DNA of 64,000 bases from a phage. The stretch lies in the NCBI GenBank assembly GCA_021537435.1, contig GCA_021537435.1_3050.1; one strand, given 5' to 3'. The notes under the pieces were generated by a model, which worked only from the letters and a program-made list of their open reading frames with translations, ran no database searches and had not been told where the DNA came from. Shown piece by piece: positions 45,616-56,369 of this stretch. The position numbers and the translations under genes are program-made. Each line of letters opens with the position of its first letter. Position 1 is the first letter of the stretch.

Positions 45616-47880
45616 TCATAATTTACAGGATGAACAATCTTCAGCTTTTGGAGTTTCTATTTCATAATCATCAGTACCAGAACCATCACGGGTATTATGA
45701 TAATAGAAATTTTTTCCGCCAAAATACCAAAAGTACAAAAGGTCATCAATCATTACAGACATTGGAACCTTTCCTTTTGGAAAAATCTGCGGGTCATAAT
45801 ATGTATTTGCTGAAGCTGATTGACATACCCATTTAAGCATAATAGCTACCTGCGTAAGATAAGGTTTATTACCTTTCTTAGCTAATTTCCATGTATAATC
45901 ATATAGGTCTATGTTATGTTCAATATTGGGCACGACTTGATTAAAGGAACCCTCTTTTGATTCTTTAACCGAGACTGGTCCACGTGGAGGCTCGATACCG
46001 TTTGTACTGTTAGAAACTTGGGAAGATGACTCACATGGCATAAGTGCTGATAATGTGCTATTACGGATGCCAAAGAGCTTAAGGTCTTCCCGCAGCGACG
46101 ACCAGTCACAAACGTATTTTGGAGCTGCGATTTGGTCAATCTTTTTATTGTACCAGTCGATAGGTAGTTCGCCTCGAGACCAACGAGTGTCTGAATAATA
46201 TTCGCAAGGTCCTTTTTCTTTGGCGAGCTTAATGGATGCTTTAATGAGTCCATACTGTAATCTCTCAAATAGTTCATGTGTTAAATCGTTAGCATCTTCA
46301 TAAGAAGCAAAGTTACTTGCCAGCCAAGCTGCATAGTTAGTAACACCTACACCAAGGTTACGACGCTTTTTAGCTTTTTCTGCTTCAGGAACTGGATATC
46401 CTTGGTAATCCAAAAGATTATCAAGAGCACGAACTTGAACTTCTGCCAATTCATTAATTTTATCTTGGTCTTGCCAATCGAAGTTATCCAACACAAATGC
46501 AGATAACGTACACAATCCAATTTCAGCATCAGGGCTATTCACATCATTTGTTGGAATAGCAATTTCACAGCATAAGTTACTCTGACGAATAGGTGCCTTT
46601 TCACGAATAAACGGAGTATAGTTATTCGTATTATCAATGAACTGTACATAAATCCTTGCTGTTCCTGAACGTTCAGTCATGAGCAATTCAAATAGTTCAC
46701 GGGCTTTAATACGCTTTTTACGAATATTAGGGTCTTTTTCTGCCGCTTCGTATAATTCACGGAAACGGTCTTGGTCTTTAAAATAAGAATAATAAAGCTC
46801 TCCACCCATTTCATGGGGACTGAACAAAGTAATGTAATCGTTCTTTCCAAAACGTTCCATCATCAAATCATTCAGTTGAACACCATAATCCATATGACGA
46901 ATGCGGTTTTCTTCTACGCCTTTGTTATTTTTCAAAACGAGAAGATTTTCAACTTCCAAATGCCAAATAGGATAATAAGCAGTAGCAGCGCCGCCACGAA
47001 TTCCACCCTGTGAACATGATTTAACTGCAGTCTGAAAATGTTTCCAAAAAGGAATAACACCGGTATGGCGTACTTCACCCATGCCAATCTTAGAACCTTC
47101 GGCACGAATCATACCAACGTTAATACCAATTCCAGCACGTTTGGAGATATATTCAACAATTGAAGCGGAAGCCTTATTGATAGACTTCAATGAATCTCCT
47201 GCCTCAATAACAACACATGAACTAAACTGTCGAGTCGGAGTACGGCAACCAGCCATAATAGGAGTTGGCAATGAAATCTGTCGAGTAGATACTGCTTCAT
47301 AAAAACGGATAACATGTTTTAATCTATCAACAGGTTCGTCTTGATGCAATGCCATTCCAATAGCCATAAATGCAAACTGTGGAGTTTCATAAATTTGACC
47401 AGTGGTTTTATCTTTAACTAAATATTTTTCTTTTAATTGCATCGCCCCGGAATAAGTAAATTCCATATCCCGCTCGTGCTTAATTTTTGATTCTAAAAAT
47501 GTAATTTCTTCTGCTGAATATTTTGACAACAATTCAGGGTCGTATTTACCTTCATTTACACAGTAAGAAATATGGTCAATAAATGAACGTGGTTCATACT
47601 GCCTGTAAACATGCTTACGAAGAGCGAACATTAAGCAGCGTGCAGCTACATATTGGTAATCAGGCTCTTCAACTGAAATAGAATTCGCAGCAGCCTTAAT
47701 GACAATAGTCTGAATATCATCAGTTGTCATTCCATCACGGAGATAAGATTTAATATTTTCATATAATTCATAAGGATCTACTGATGTTCCCTCAGCTGCC
47801 CAAGATAAAACTTTAATAATTTTTTGTGGGTCAAAGCTCTGAGAAACACCACTACTTTTGATAACATTAATTAATTGCAT
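45616..47880 (-). CDS. nrdA: ribonucleotide reductase large subunit NrdA
   Basis: 754 aa, N-terminal ATP-cone, class Ia RNR alpha. Confidence 0.93.
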   Translation of the reverse strand: MQLINVIKSSGVSQSFDPQKIIKVLSWAAEGTSVDPYELYENIKSYLRDGMTTDDIQTIVIKAAANSISVEEPDYQYVAARCLMFALRKHVYRQYEPRSFIDHISYCVNEGKYDPELLSKYSAEEITFLESKIKHERDMEFTYSGAMQLKEKYLVKDKTTGQIYETPQFAFMAIGMALHQDEPVDRLKHVIRFYEAVSTRQISLPTPIMAGCRTPTRQFSSCVVIEAGDSLKSINKASASIVEYISKRAGIGINVGMIRAEGSKIGMGEVRHTGVIPFWKHFQTAVKSCSQGGIRGGAATAYYPIWHLEVENLLVLKNNKGVEENRIRHMDYGVQLNDLMMERFGKNDYITLFSPHEMGGELYYSYFKDQDRFRELYEAAEKDPNIRKKRIKARELFELLMTERSGTARIYVQFIDNTNNYTPFIREKAPIRQSNLCCEIAIPTNDVNSPDAEIGLCTLSAFVLDNFDWQDQDKINELAEVQVRALDNLLDYQGYPVPEAEKAKKRRNLGVGVTNYAAWLASNFASYEDANDLTHELFERLQYGLIKASIKLAKEKGPCEYYSDTRWSRGELPIDWYNKKIDQIAAPKYVCDWSSLREDLKLFGIRNSTLSALMPCESSSQVSNSTNGIEPPRGPVSVKESKEGSFNQVVPNIEHNIDLYDYTWKLAKKGNKPYLTQVAIMLKWVCQSASANTYYDPQIFPKGKVPMSVMIDDLLYFWYFGGKNFYYHNTRDGSGTDDYEIETPKAEDCSSCKL

Positions 47881-48197
47881 AAGTCCTCAACTTGAAAATC
47901 GTCTTTAAACAATCGGTTAACTATATGAGCTATTATATCACCATGACACGGCTTTGGTTTACATGTGCATCCTAGCCTCATTCCACGTAAAGGCTCTAAA
48001 TGTGCTTTAGTTATTTCTCCGGATTTAATTCGACGTATAAAATCTTTTTTGAATAATTCAATGGCAGCCTCCCGGCTGCCAGCATCTTTACCGACGTAAT
48101 TTCCCCAAAATGTACCACGGTGAATATTAACATCAAAGTCGGATTTATATTTATTCACTACTTGGCATAGACGGCCCGCGCGGTGATAATTCGTCAT
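47871..48197 (-). CDS. hypothetical Cys/His-containing protein (nrdA.1 position)
   Basis: 108-aa ORF overlapping the nrdA start. Confidence 0.6.
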   Translation of the reverse strand: MTNYHRAGRLCQVVNKYKSDFDVNIHRGTFWGNYVGKDAGSREAAIELFKKDFIRRIKSGEITKAHLEPLRGMRLGCTCKPKPCHGDIIAHIVNRLFKDDFQVEDLCN

Positions 48198-48414
48198 ATT
48201 GTTTTTCCGTTAAAACAGTAATATCATAATAACAATCTGAAGAAGTTTTAACCGTAGAAATTTTATTATCAAAATACTCACGAGTCATTTTATGAGTATA
48301 ATATTTTTTGCCATAAATGATAATAGGCTGATTTGGTCCTGGAACTTCTAACTCGCTTGGGTTAGGAAGTGTAAAAAGAACTACACCAGAAGTATCTTTA
48401 AATCGTAAAATCAT
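48151..48414 (-). CDS. hypothetical protein (nrdA.2 position)
   Basis: 87-aa ORF between td exon 2 and nrdA.1. Confidence 0.5.
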   Translation of the reverse strand: MILRFKDTSGVVLFTLPNPSELEVPGPNQPIIIYGKKYYTHKMTREYFDNKISTVKTSSDCYYDITVLTEKQYDELSPRGPSMPSSE

Positions 48415-48437
48415 ATATCCTCACAATTAATAATTAA

Positions 48438-48749
48438 TTACACCGCCATTTTTCCTTTCAAGACGCCGTGGGACTGATAATCTTTGAGAACGAAATCTTT
48501 AGGCCTGAGTTTAAGAATGTATTCCAATTGTTCTTTAGTAGAAAGATAGCGGAATTTATAAGGCAATCCGCCTATTACCAGTTCACAAAGCTCTTTAGGT
48601 TCACGACGCAAAATTTCTTTACATTGTTCTACGTGATTCATATAGATATGAGTATTACCACCGGAAAATATCAAATCTCCCGGAATAAGATTACACATCT
48701 TAGCTACAATATGAACTAACGTAGCATATGATGCAATATTAAATGGAAG
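48438..48749 (-). CDS. td: thymidylate synthase, exon 2
   Basis: Encodes LPFNIASYATLVHIVAKMC…; begins immediately after intron-terminal ATG|CTTCCATTTAAT. Confidence 0.9.
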   Translation of the reverse strand, partial: LPFNIASYATLVHIVAKMCNLIPGDLIFSGGNTHIYMNHVEQCKEILRREPKELCELVIGGLPYKFRYLSTKEQLEYILKLRPKDFVLKDYQSHGVLKGKMAV

Positions 48750-49765
48750 CATTATGTTCAGATAAGGTCGTTAATCTTACCCCGGAATTATATCCAGCTG
48801 CATGTCACCATGCAGATCAGACTATATCTCCAACTTGTTAAAGCAAGTTGTCTATCGTTTCGAGTCACTTGACCCTACTCCCCAAAGGGATAGTCGTTAG
48901 GCATTTATGTAGAACCAATTCCATTTATCAGATTTTACACGATAAGTAACTAATCCAGACGAAATTTTAAAATGTCTAGCTGCATCTGCTGCACAATCAA
49001 AAATAACCCCATCACATGAAATCTTTTTAATATTACTAGGCTTTTTACCTTTCATCTTTTCTGATATTTTAGATTTAGTTATGTCTGAATGCTTATGATT
49101 AAAGAATGAATTATTTTCACCTGAACGATTTCTGCATTTACTACAAGTATAAGCAGAAGTTTGTATGCGAACACCGCACTTACAAAACTTATGGGTTTCT
49201 GGATTCCAACGCCCGTTTTTACTTCCGGGTTTACTGTAAAGAGCTTTCCGACCATCAGGTCCAAGTTTAAGCATCTTAGCTTTAACAGTTTTAGAACGTT
49301 TCTTAATAATTTCTTCTTTTAATGGATGCGTAGAACATGTATCACCAAACGTTGCATCAGCAATATTGTATCCATTAATTTTAGAATTAAGCTCTTTAAT
49401 CCAAAAATTTTCTCGTTCAATAATCAAATCTTTCTCATATGGAATTTCTTCCAAAATAGAACATTCAAACACATTACCATGTTTGTTAAAAGACCTCTGA
49501 AGCTTTATAGAAGAATGGCATCCTTTTTCTAAATCTTTAAAATGCCTCTTCCATCTCTTTTCAAAATCTTTAGCACTTCCTACATATACTTTATTGTTTA
49601 AAGTATTTTTAATCTGATAAATTCCGCTTTTCATAAATACCTCTTTAAATATAGAAGTATTTATTAAAGGGCAGTCCTACAATTTAGCACGGGATTGTCT
49701 ACTAGAGAGGTTCCCCGTTTAGATAGATTACAAGTATAAGTCACCTTATACTCAGGCCTCAATTA
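48750..49765 (-). mobile_element. group I intron in td (1016 nt) carrying I-TevI
   Basis: 5' exon ends …GTTTTCTTGGGT; intron starts TAATTGAGGCCTGAGTATAAGGTGAC…; 3' end …CATAATG; length equals the T4 td intron. Confidence 0.92.
48897..49634 (-). CDS. I-TevI: intron-encoded GIY-YIG homing endonuclease I-TevI
   Basis: 245 aa; MKSGIYQIKNTLNNKVYVGSAKDFEKRWKRH; Cys-rich linker and C-terminal DNA-binding region. Confidence 0.92.
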   Translation of the reverse strand: MKSGIYQIKNTLNNKVYVGSAKDFEKRWKRHFKDLEKGCHSSIKLQRSFNKHGNVFECSILEEIPYEKDLIIERENFWIKELNSKINGYNIADATFGDTCSTHPLKEEIIKKRSKTVKAKMLKLGPDGRKALYSKPGSKNGRWNPETHKFCKCGVRIQTSAYTCSKCRNRSGENNSFFNHKHSDITKSKISEKMKGKKPSNIKKISCDGVIFDCAADAARHFKISSGLVTYRVKSDKWNWFYINA

Positions 49766-50314
49766 ACCCAAGAAAACATCTACTGATCGTTGATACCACT
49801 GCAAATCCAAATAGCCATTACGCACATTAAACTGATAGAACATATGACAAGGCGGTAATGCCATATATTTAAGTTCAGCTGGATTCCACGCAGAAACAAT
49901 TTGTCGCCTATCATTCGGCAGTTTTTTAATACGATCAATAACTTCTATAATTTGGTCTACACCACCAAAATCACGCCATTGTTTTCCATAAATTGGACCA
50001 AGTTCACCGCTATGGTATCCTAAATCTTTTGCTTGATTTTCGTAATTTTCATCCCAGACTGTTTTGCCTTGAATTAATGAATCATGCTGAATTAATCGTA
50101 AATCATTGACATTCGTGCTTCCTGATAAAAACCATATTAACTCAGCAATGCAAGCTTTCCAAGCGAGCTTTTTAGTTGTTACTGCAGGAAAACCTTTGGT
50201 TAAATCCCAACGCAATTTAGTACCGAACAAAGCAATTGTTCCTGTGCCCGTTCGGTCATCGGTTTCATAGCCGTTTTCAAGAATGTCTTTAATTAAATCT
50301 TGGTATTGTTTCAT
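49766..50314 (-). CDS. td: thymidylate synthase, exon 1
   Basis: 183 codons MKQYQDLIKDILENGYETDDRTGTG…ALPPCH…VDVFLG, ending at the splice site. Confidence 0.92.
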
Positions 50315-50359
50315 TTAGTACCTTATATAAATTATAATACATTTTATGAAGCTAAATAA

Positions 50360-50707
50360 TCAATACGGTTTAGCATCAAATTTTCTCTCAATTTCAGGCG
50401 TGAAATATAATTCTTTACCGCGTTTGGAAAAGCGACCAATAATATGATAATTATTCTCATCAAACGTGATATTGCCGATATCCATAGCTTTCAACCAAAT
50501 ATCGATATTTCTATCCAACTTTATGTCAAAATTCCAATACGGAGAACTATTACCGAAAATACTGCAAGCGGATTCAGTAAAACAACTACTATAAATCTTG
50601 TCTTTAGGAACTACTAATTGATAGACGCCTTTAATAAACTGAGGACCCTGCCATTTTGGTTGTTTCGCGTCTTTTTCTAATAGAATAGGGTAATAATTAA
50701 AATTCAT
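50360..50707 (-). CDS. hypothetical protein in the frd-td insert (115 aa from ATG; 119 aa from GTG at 50719)
   Basis: ORF fills a 417-bp insert at the frd/td junction; no recognisable motif. Confidence 0.5.
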   Translation of the reverse strand: MNFNYYPILLEKDAKQPKWQGPQFIKGVYQLVVPKDKIYSSCFTESACSIFGNSSPYWNFDIKLDRNIDIWLKAMDIGNITFDENNYHIIGRFSKRGKELYFTPEIERKFDAKPY

Positions 50708-50727
50708 ATTTTCCGCCACGTGTTATT

Positions 50728-51554
<827 letters not shown>

Positions 51555-51565
51555 TTTATCTCCTA

Positions 51566-51898
51566 TTAAAAAGGATCAGGAACATATCCACTAGCTTTAA
51601 TCATTTTAATTAATGTTACCATTCCTTTGTTAACTGCTTGTGAGATTTCATCAAAAACTTCATCATTAAAAAGTTCTAGCACACCCTTCTGAACTTTTAA
51701 TTTACAGCCAACAATTTCGTCATCGCCTATAGTAAATTCATTACCGCCAATTCCACCGAAAAACTTAATTACCCCAGTTAACTGTCTTCCACGAGAATAT
51801 GGGTCGTGCGATAAAGTAATATGAGTCACCCCAGGTACAGTTTTAAATTGGCAGCGGATGTTTACTTGAGCAATTCCAGTTACATGAATGTCAGACAT
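51566..51898 (-). CDS. hypothetical protein (frd.2 position)
   Basis: 110-aa ORF. Confidence 0.55.
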   Translation of the reverse strand: MSDIHVTGIAQVNIRCQFKTVPGVTHITLSHDPYSRGRQLTGVIKFFGGIGGNEFTIGDDEIVGCKLKVQKGVLELFNDEVFDEISQAVNKGMVTLIKMIKASGYVPDPF

Positions 51899-51908
51899 AA
51901 TATTTTCC

Positions 51909-52151
51909 TCAAACAGTCTTTTTCACAATTTTCCAATCATCTTTAAACTGTTCAACATCAGAATGGTAAATCCAGAATCCTGCGCTTTCTCCATCCTCGT
52001 AAAGAGGGCATCCATCACATTCATCTTCCCATCCCATGTCACGCAAAAGATGTTCAGCTTTTTTAACAAGTTCAGAATCTTTACCGATGATATTAAAATA
52101 CCATTTACCTCTAACTTCTGAATCTTTAATACTCTGGCGTTGTAATCTCAT
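51909..52151 (-). CDS. hypothetical protein (frd.3 position)
   Basis: 80-aa ORF. Confidence 0.55.
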   Translation of the reverse strand: MRLQRQSIKDSEVRGKWYFNIIGKDSELVKKAEHLLRDMGWEDECDGCPLYEDGESAGFWIYHSDVEQFKDDWKIVKKTV

Positions 52152-52289
52152 TTTATTCTCCTTAGCAAGCTTTAATCAAAAGATATAAACAGACCAACAT
52201 AACTATTGCCATAATATAAGGTGCGAACATTTTCTTTTCTCCATTAGTTTTGATAGGGTAATAGTATCACACTACTACCCTTTTGTAAA

Positions 52290-52676
52290 CTACTTTTTGA
52301 AAGTTTTTCGCAAAAGTTCAATGATTTCATCTACATTGTTTTCGTCAACAATGCAGTGAATTTTTGTCACGCCAGAAACTATACCTTCATTAGCGGATTG
52401 AGGCTTTTCTAAAGTTACCTCAGTAAAGTATTTGAATTCTTCAGAGTAAATCTCAAAATACGTCTCAAGTGGGCCACCCGCCATGTATTCAGTGCCATCT
52501 TCCATAGTTACACGTACCACACATTCACCAGCACAATCATCACTTTCCATTTCATCTACAACAAAACTAGGCCCGTGCTTCTCTATTAAATTTAGCATCA
52601 TTACATTGCAACGGCACTCGTTAGCAAAGTCATTTTTAAATAAAGGGTTAATGATATAAGTTTTTCCAACTTCCAT
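52290..52676 (-). CDS. hypothetical protein
   Basis: 128-aa ORF. Confidence 0.55.
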   Translation of the reverse strand: MEVGKTYIINPLFKNDFANECRCNVMMLNLIEKHGPSFVVDEMESDDCAGECVVRVTMEDGTEYMAGGPLETYFEIYSEEFKYFTEVTLEKPQSANEGIVSGVTKIHCIVDENNVDEIIELLRKTFKK

Positions 52677-52720
52677 TTTGATTTCCTCATTTTAATAGGG
52701 GCTTGATAGCCCCTTGATAA

Positions 52721-53023
52721 TTATTGTTCAATTAATACCATGTAAAATTCTGTGTCTTCAGAATCCATACCATCACAATATTCATTAGCCATAAAGCGGG
52801 TGAGGTCTTCAAGAGGACCTTCAATAACGATTTGAATACTCCAAAACTTAGAATCTTGCACGCTTGTGATACTAAGTTCAGGATAACGATTACGAATAAT
52901 TTCTTCGATATATTCAAAATCAACGATGTCAATATCAACTTTAGCCATATTATTTTCCTCTTTAATCATCAGCAGTATTGCCGATAGTTGTATAGTACCA
53001 CAGTTCTTATAGTATGTAAACAA
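52721..53023 (-). CDS. hypothetical protein
   Basis: 100-aa ORF upstream of gene 32. Confidence 0.5.
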   Translation of the reverse strand: MFTYYKNCGTIQLSAILLMIKEENNMAKVDIDIVDFEYIEEIIRNRYPELSITSVQDSKFWSIQIVIEGPLEDLTRFMANEYCDGMDSEDTEFYMVLIEQ

Positions 53024-53054
53024 CTTTGTGAAAAAATTTTTGAAATAAAAAAAA

Positions 53055-53073
53055 GGGGACCTCTAGGGTCCCC
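53055..53073 (-). terminator. rho-independent terminator downstream of gene 32
   Basis: GGGGACC-tctag-GGTCCCC preceded by A9 on the + strand (U9 on the minus transcript). Confidence 0.85.
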
Positions 53074-53095
53074 AATTAATTAGTAATATAATCTA

Positions 53096-54004
53096 TTAAA
53101 GGTCATTCAAAAGGTCATCCAGGTCCGTGTCATCAGCACTAGATGAACTGCCAGAGCTTGAGCTCATAAAATCATCTTCAGTTTTTGTATTGAAGTCATC
53201 AACATTGAATGCATCCAAATCATCAGCAACTTTATCAGCTTTCTTAGCGGCAGTCGCTGCGGCACCACCCATAGCAGCAGTTCCCATAACTTGACTGAAC
53301 TTAGTGCTCAGTTCTTCAAACGATTTGAATTTATCTTTAGAAGTCATTTCAGAAAGGTCAACCATTTGTTCGAACAGTTCTTTCTGGAAAGATTCATCAT
53401 CAATGTTTGGAATCGCAGATTGATTCAGGAATTTAGATTCATCGTAGTTACTAAAACCAGAAACTTGTTTAACTTTCAGTACAAAGTTAGCACCTTCCCA
53501 CGGACAAGTTACATCAACCGGAGTTTCACCCATTTCAACATCAACTGCAATCATTGCATTGATTTTATCCCAGATTTTCTTACCGAAACGGTATTTAAAT
53601 ACTTTACCTTCATTTTCTGGAGCAGCCGGGTCTTTTACTACAAGAATGTTAGCCCAGTAAGAAGTTTTACGTTTAACAAGACCGTACTCTTTATTGTCAG
53701 TGTTATACAAATCATTTTTATTGATGTACTGACATACTGGACAAGAATCGTAATCACCGTGGGTAGATGAACAGTTTTCGATATACCATTTACCATTTTT
53801 CTTGAAACCGTGATTTACAAGAATTGCGAATGGTGCTTGTTCATCATTTTTAGACGGAAGAAAACGAATTACTGCTTGACCGTTACCCGCATTATCGAGT
53901 TTCAGTTTCCACTCGCCTTTATCTTCAGAAGAAAAACCACCTTTATTTCCAGCCAGTTTAGCCATTTGTGCAGCGAGTTCAGCAGTAGATTTACGTTTAA
54001 ACAT
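53096..54004 (-). CDS. 32: single-stranded DNA-binding protein gp32
   Basis: 302 aa; zinc-binding Cys/His cluster ([17 protein letters not shown]); acidic Ser/Asp-rich C-terminus; strong terminator downstream. Confidence 0.93.
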   Translation of the reverse strand: MFKRKSTAELAAQMAKLAGNKGGFSSEDKGEWKLKLDNAGNGQAVIRFLPSKNDEQAPFAILVNHGFKKNGKWYIENCSSTHGDYDSCPVCQYINKNDLYNTDNKEYGLVKRKTSYWANILVVKDPAAPENEGKVFKYRFGKKIWDKINAMIAVDVEMGETPVDVTCPWEGANFVLKVKQVSGFSNYDESKFLNQSAIPNIDDESFQKELFEQMVDLSEMTSKDKFKSFEELSTKFSQVMGTAAMGGAAATAAKKADKVADDLDAFNVDDFNTKTEDDFMSSSSGSSSSADDTDLDDLLNDL

Positions 54005-54103
54005 TTTTATTTCCTTTTTAATTTAATTAACAGTTGGTGCTATGACGATGTATGACCTCATAGCTGGTCAGTAAGATAATTATAATCTATTTATAATAAG
54101 CAA

Positions 54104-54757
54104 TTAATACTTACAAGATTTCACAGTTTCAATAAAAACACTTTTAGCTTCCTGTGAATCAATATTTAAAATTTTTCTATAAGCCTTTAACTTTATAGAA
54201 TAATTATTCCAGACTAAATTATCAGTCTGTTCATCATGTTTATCGATTATATTTAAAAACGAATCAAGCAAGATAAACGTCTCAAACGAAATTATATTCG
54301 ATTGAAGTAGTTTAAAAATATAACTTGATTGGACTTTTGGATTATACTCAAAGATTTCTTTAAAAGCAGAAACTTCAACTTTTTTACTAAAATAATAAAT
54401 GTTGCGAATATCTTCTTCAAACTTAAATTTAATTTGCTTTAAGCGTCCGATATATTCACGATAAAACACAAGTGCATCAGCGTCAGAGATGTCACCAATC
54501 CAAGCATCTTGGTTAGCAACAAGATTGCTTATAAAGATTAAAGCAAGTTCCTTTAATTTATATTTTTCTGATAACTTCTGGAAAAAATACTTATCCCTTC
54601 GCTTTTGATAAGCGGCATCAGACACCCGCATGCACCAATTATACTTAATTACATCATACTTTCCATTCATATGTTGTTTTATCATTAAGTATAATTTATA
54701 AACTGATTTACCATCAATATATCTTTCACCACCAGCAGGCATGCGGAGTTTAATCAT
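54104..54757 (-). CDS. 59: helicase loader gp59
   Basis: 217-aa ORF between 33 and 32. Confidence 0.88.
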   Translation of the reverse strand: MIKLRMPAGGERYIDGKSVYKLYLMIKQHMNGKYDVIKYNWCMRVSDAAYQKRRDKYFFQKLSEKYKLKELALIFISNLVANQDAWIGDISDADALVFYREYIGRLKQIKFKFEEDIRNIYYFSKKVEVSAFKEIFEYNPKVQSSYIFKLLQSNIISFETFILLDSFLNIIDKHDEQTDNLVWNNYSIKLKAYRKILNIDSQEAKSVFIETVKSCKY

Positions 54758-55092
54758 AGTAGAAAATCTAATGTATTAGTTTTTTCACAACGAACAACAG
54801 AAGGACGTAAAAGATTTTCGTCAATAGCTTCTGACTGAATTTTTTCAATTATACCCGAAGGAATAAATTTAGCAAATTGAGTTTCAGGAATAGAATTTTC
54901 TTCTAAGAATGCTGTTGTAGCTTCAAGATAACTCATTCCAAACTCTTCTACCATTTTTTCAATAATAAATCCATTTTCTTGACGGTCAAGAAGCTTTGCA
55001 ATTTCATCCTTTTCTTTCTTAATTGAAAGTTCTTTTTCTGAAAGACCGGTCTCATCGACCGGACGAATATCATTTAGAGAAAACTGTGTCAT
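54754..55092 (-). CDS. 33: late-transcription co-activator gp33
   Basis: 112 aa from MTQFSLNDI… (ORF track starts 3 codons upstream). Confidence 0.8.
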   Translation of the reverse strand: MTQFSLNDIRPVDETGLSEKELSIKKEKDEIAKLLDRQENGFIIEKMVEEFGMSYLEATTAFLEENSIPETQFAKFIPSGIIEKIQSEAIDENLLRPSVVRCEKTNTLDFLL

Positions 55093-55339
55093 AAAGTTCA
55101 ACTACCTCTTCAGTTTCAGCTTCAAACACATCACGGTTATCTTTATGATACAAAGCTAACAGACGATTAAACATCTTGCCATCAACACCAAGTTCATCTT
55201 TGGCACGAATTCGAATATCTTTAATCAATTCATTATAACCAGAAATTTTCAGTTTATGATCAGATGCTTCTTTAATAAATTTAGCCAAGTCTTCGCCATG
55301 GATAGCTTCATCAAATTCAACCATTTCTTTTTTAGCCAT
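55070..55339 (-). CDS. dsbA: double-stranded DNA-binding protein DsbA
   Basis: 89-aa ORF between rnh and 33. Confidence 0.8.
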   Translation of the reverse strand: MAKKEMVEFDEAIHGEDLAKFIKEASDHKLKISGYNELIKDIRIRAKDELGVDGKMFNRLLALYHKDNRDVFEAETEEVVELYDTVFSK

Positions 55340-55347
55340 TATTCACC

Positions 55348-56265
55348 TCAAAATTCATTAATGCTATTAGTTAATTTAGAAAGACCCGCTTTTACAAAAT
55401 ATGAATAAATTTTGCCACGCGGTGGTAATTTATATGAATTATAATAATTCACAATGTTTGAAGCAATATTATCAGGAATATAATCAAAATCAATTAGAAC
55501 TAAATTTTCTTTATAACGATTATATTCAGATTCTGTGAGAAGCACCTTAGCTTGCTCACGGTCATTAGCAATAGCTTCAACAATAGAGGTTTTCATTGAA
55601 GGAGTTCGTTCACCTTCAACTCTGGTAAACCAGAAGTCAGATCGTACTTTAACTGAAGCAACGTTATCCTTTTTGTCGCCTTTAAGGATTTTAGTCATAC
55701 AGTCAATTTCAGCAGAACCGCTTTTAATTTTAACCCACTTCTTGTGCATCGGTGACCATTGCTTAACATTTGGGTATTTGTGAAGTTGAGTAAAGTCACC
55801 ATCCGATGAAATGATTAAAATCTTATGTCCTTCTAAAGAGAACTTTTTAACCAAAACAGCAATATGGTCATCTGCTTCATACTTATCAATATCCATAACG
55901 ATGTATGGCATATAAGCTTTCAATTCATCTATAACTTTATGGCTGGATTCAAAATAACCTTCCCAGTCCCAAGTAGATTCTTCTCGTGCTTTTCCACGGT
56001 TTTTCTTATAATAATAAGCAAAATCACGACGCCAGTATCCAGATTTCGCGTTATCAATACACAATACAATTTTAGTGTATCCAAGAGTTTTTGCTTTTTT
56101 GACATTAAACTTAATTGAGTTCAATATCAAATGACGAACCATTGATAAATTAATTTTTTCTTTATCTGGGAAGTTTACCAAAGCAGTTGAAAGCGCAATT
56201 TGACTAAAGTCAATTAAGCAGATTCCTTCTTTGTAATCTTCATCCAGCATCATTTCTAAATCCAT
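55348..56265 (-). CDS. rnh: RNase H / 5'-3' flap exonuclease
   Basis: 305 aa from MDLEMMLDEDYKEGICLIDFSQI… (ORF track starts 5 codons upstream). Confidence 0.9.
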   Translation of the reverse strand: MDLEMMLDEDYKEGICLIDFSQIALSTALVNFPDKEKINLSMVRHLILNSIKFNVKKAKTLGYTKIVLCIDNAKSGYWRRDFAYYYKKNRGKAREESTWDWEGYFESSHKVIDELKAYMPYIVMDIDKYEADDHIAVLVKKFSLEGHKILIISSDGDFTQLHKYPNVKQWSPMHKKWVKIKSGSAEIDCMTKILKGDKKDNVASVKVRSDFWFTRVEGERTPSMKTSIVEAIANDREQAKVLLTESEYNRYKENLVLIDFDYIPDNIASNIVNYYNSYKLPPRGKIYSYFVKAGLSKLTNSINEF

Positions 56266-56327
56266 ATGAACCTCGTTCAATTAGTGAGATTTCTATTATA
56301 TACCATCCAAATCTTAAAGTAAACAAG

Positions 56328-56335
56328 TATAAATA
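56328..56335 (+). promoter_or_regulatory. late promoter motif TATAAATA (gene 34)
   Basis: Exact match ~35 nt upstream of the gene 34 ATG. Confidence 0.6.
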
Positions 56336-56369
56336 CTTATTATTGAAAACACAATAGGAGCCCGGGAGA

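Noticed and set aside
48438-50314. td as a disrupted gene
   Set aside because: Same reason: the canonical td intron with exact T4-type junctions.
53291-54055. + strand ORFs (159 and 81 aa) across gene 32
   Set aside because: Antisense to gp32, which has unmistakable motifs and the expected terminator.
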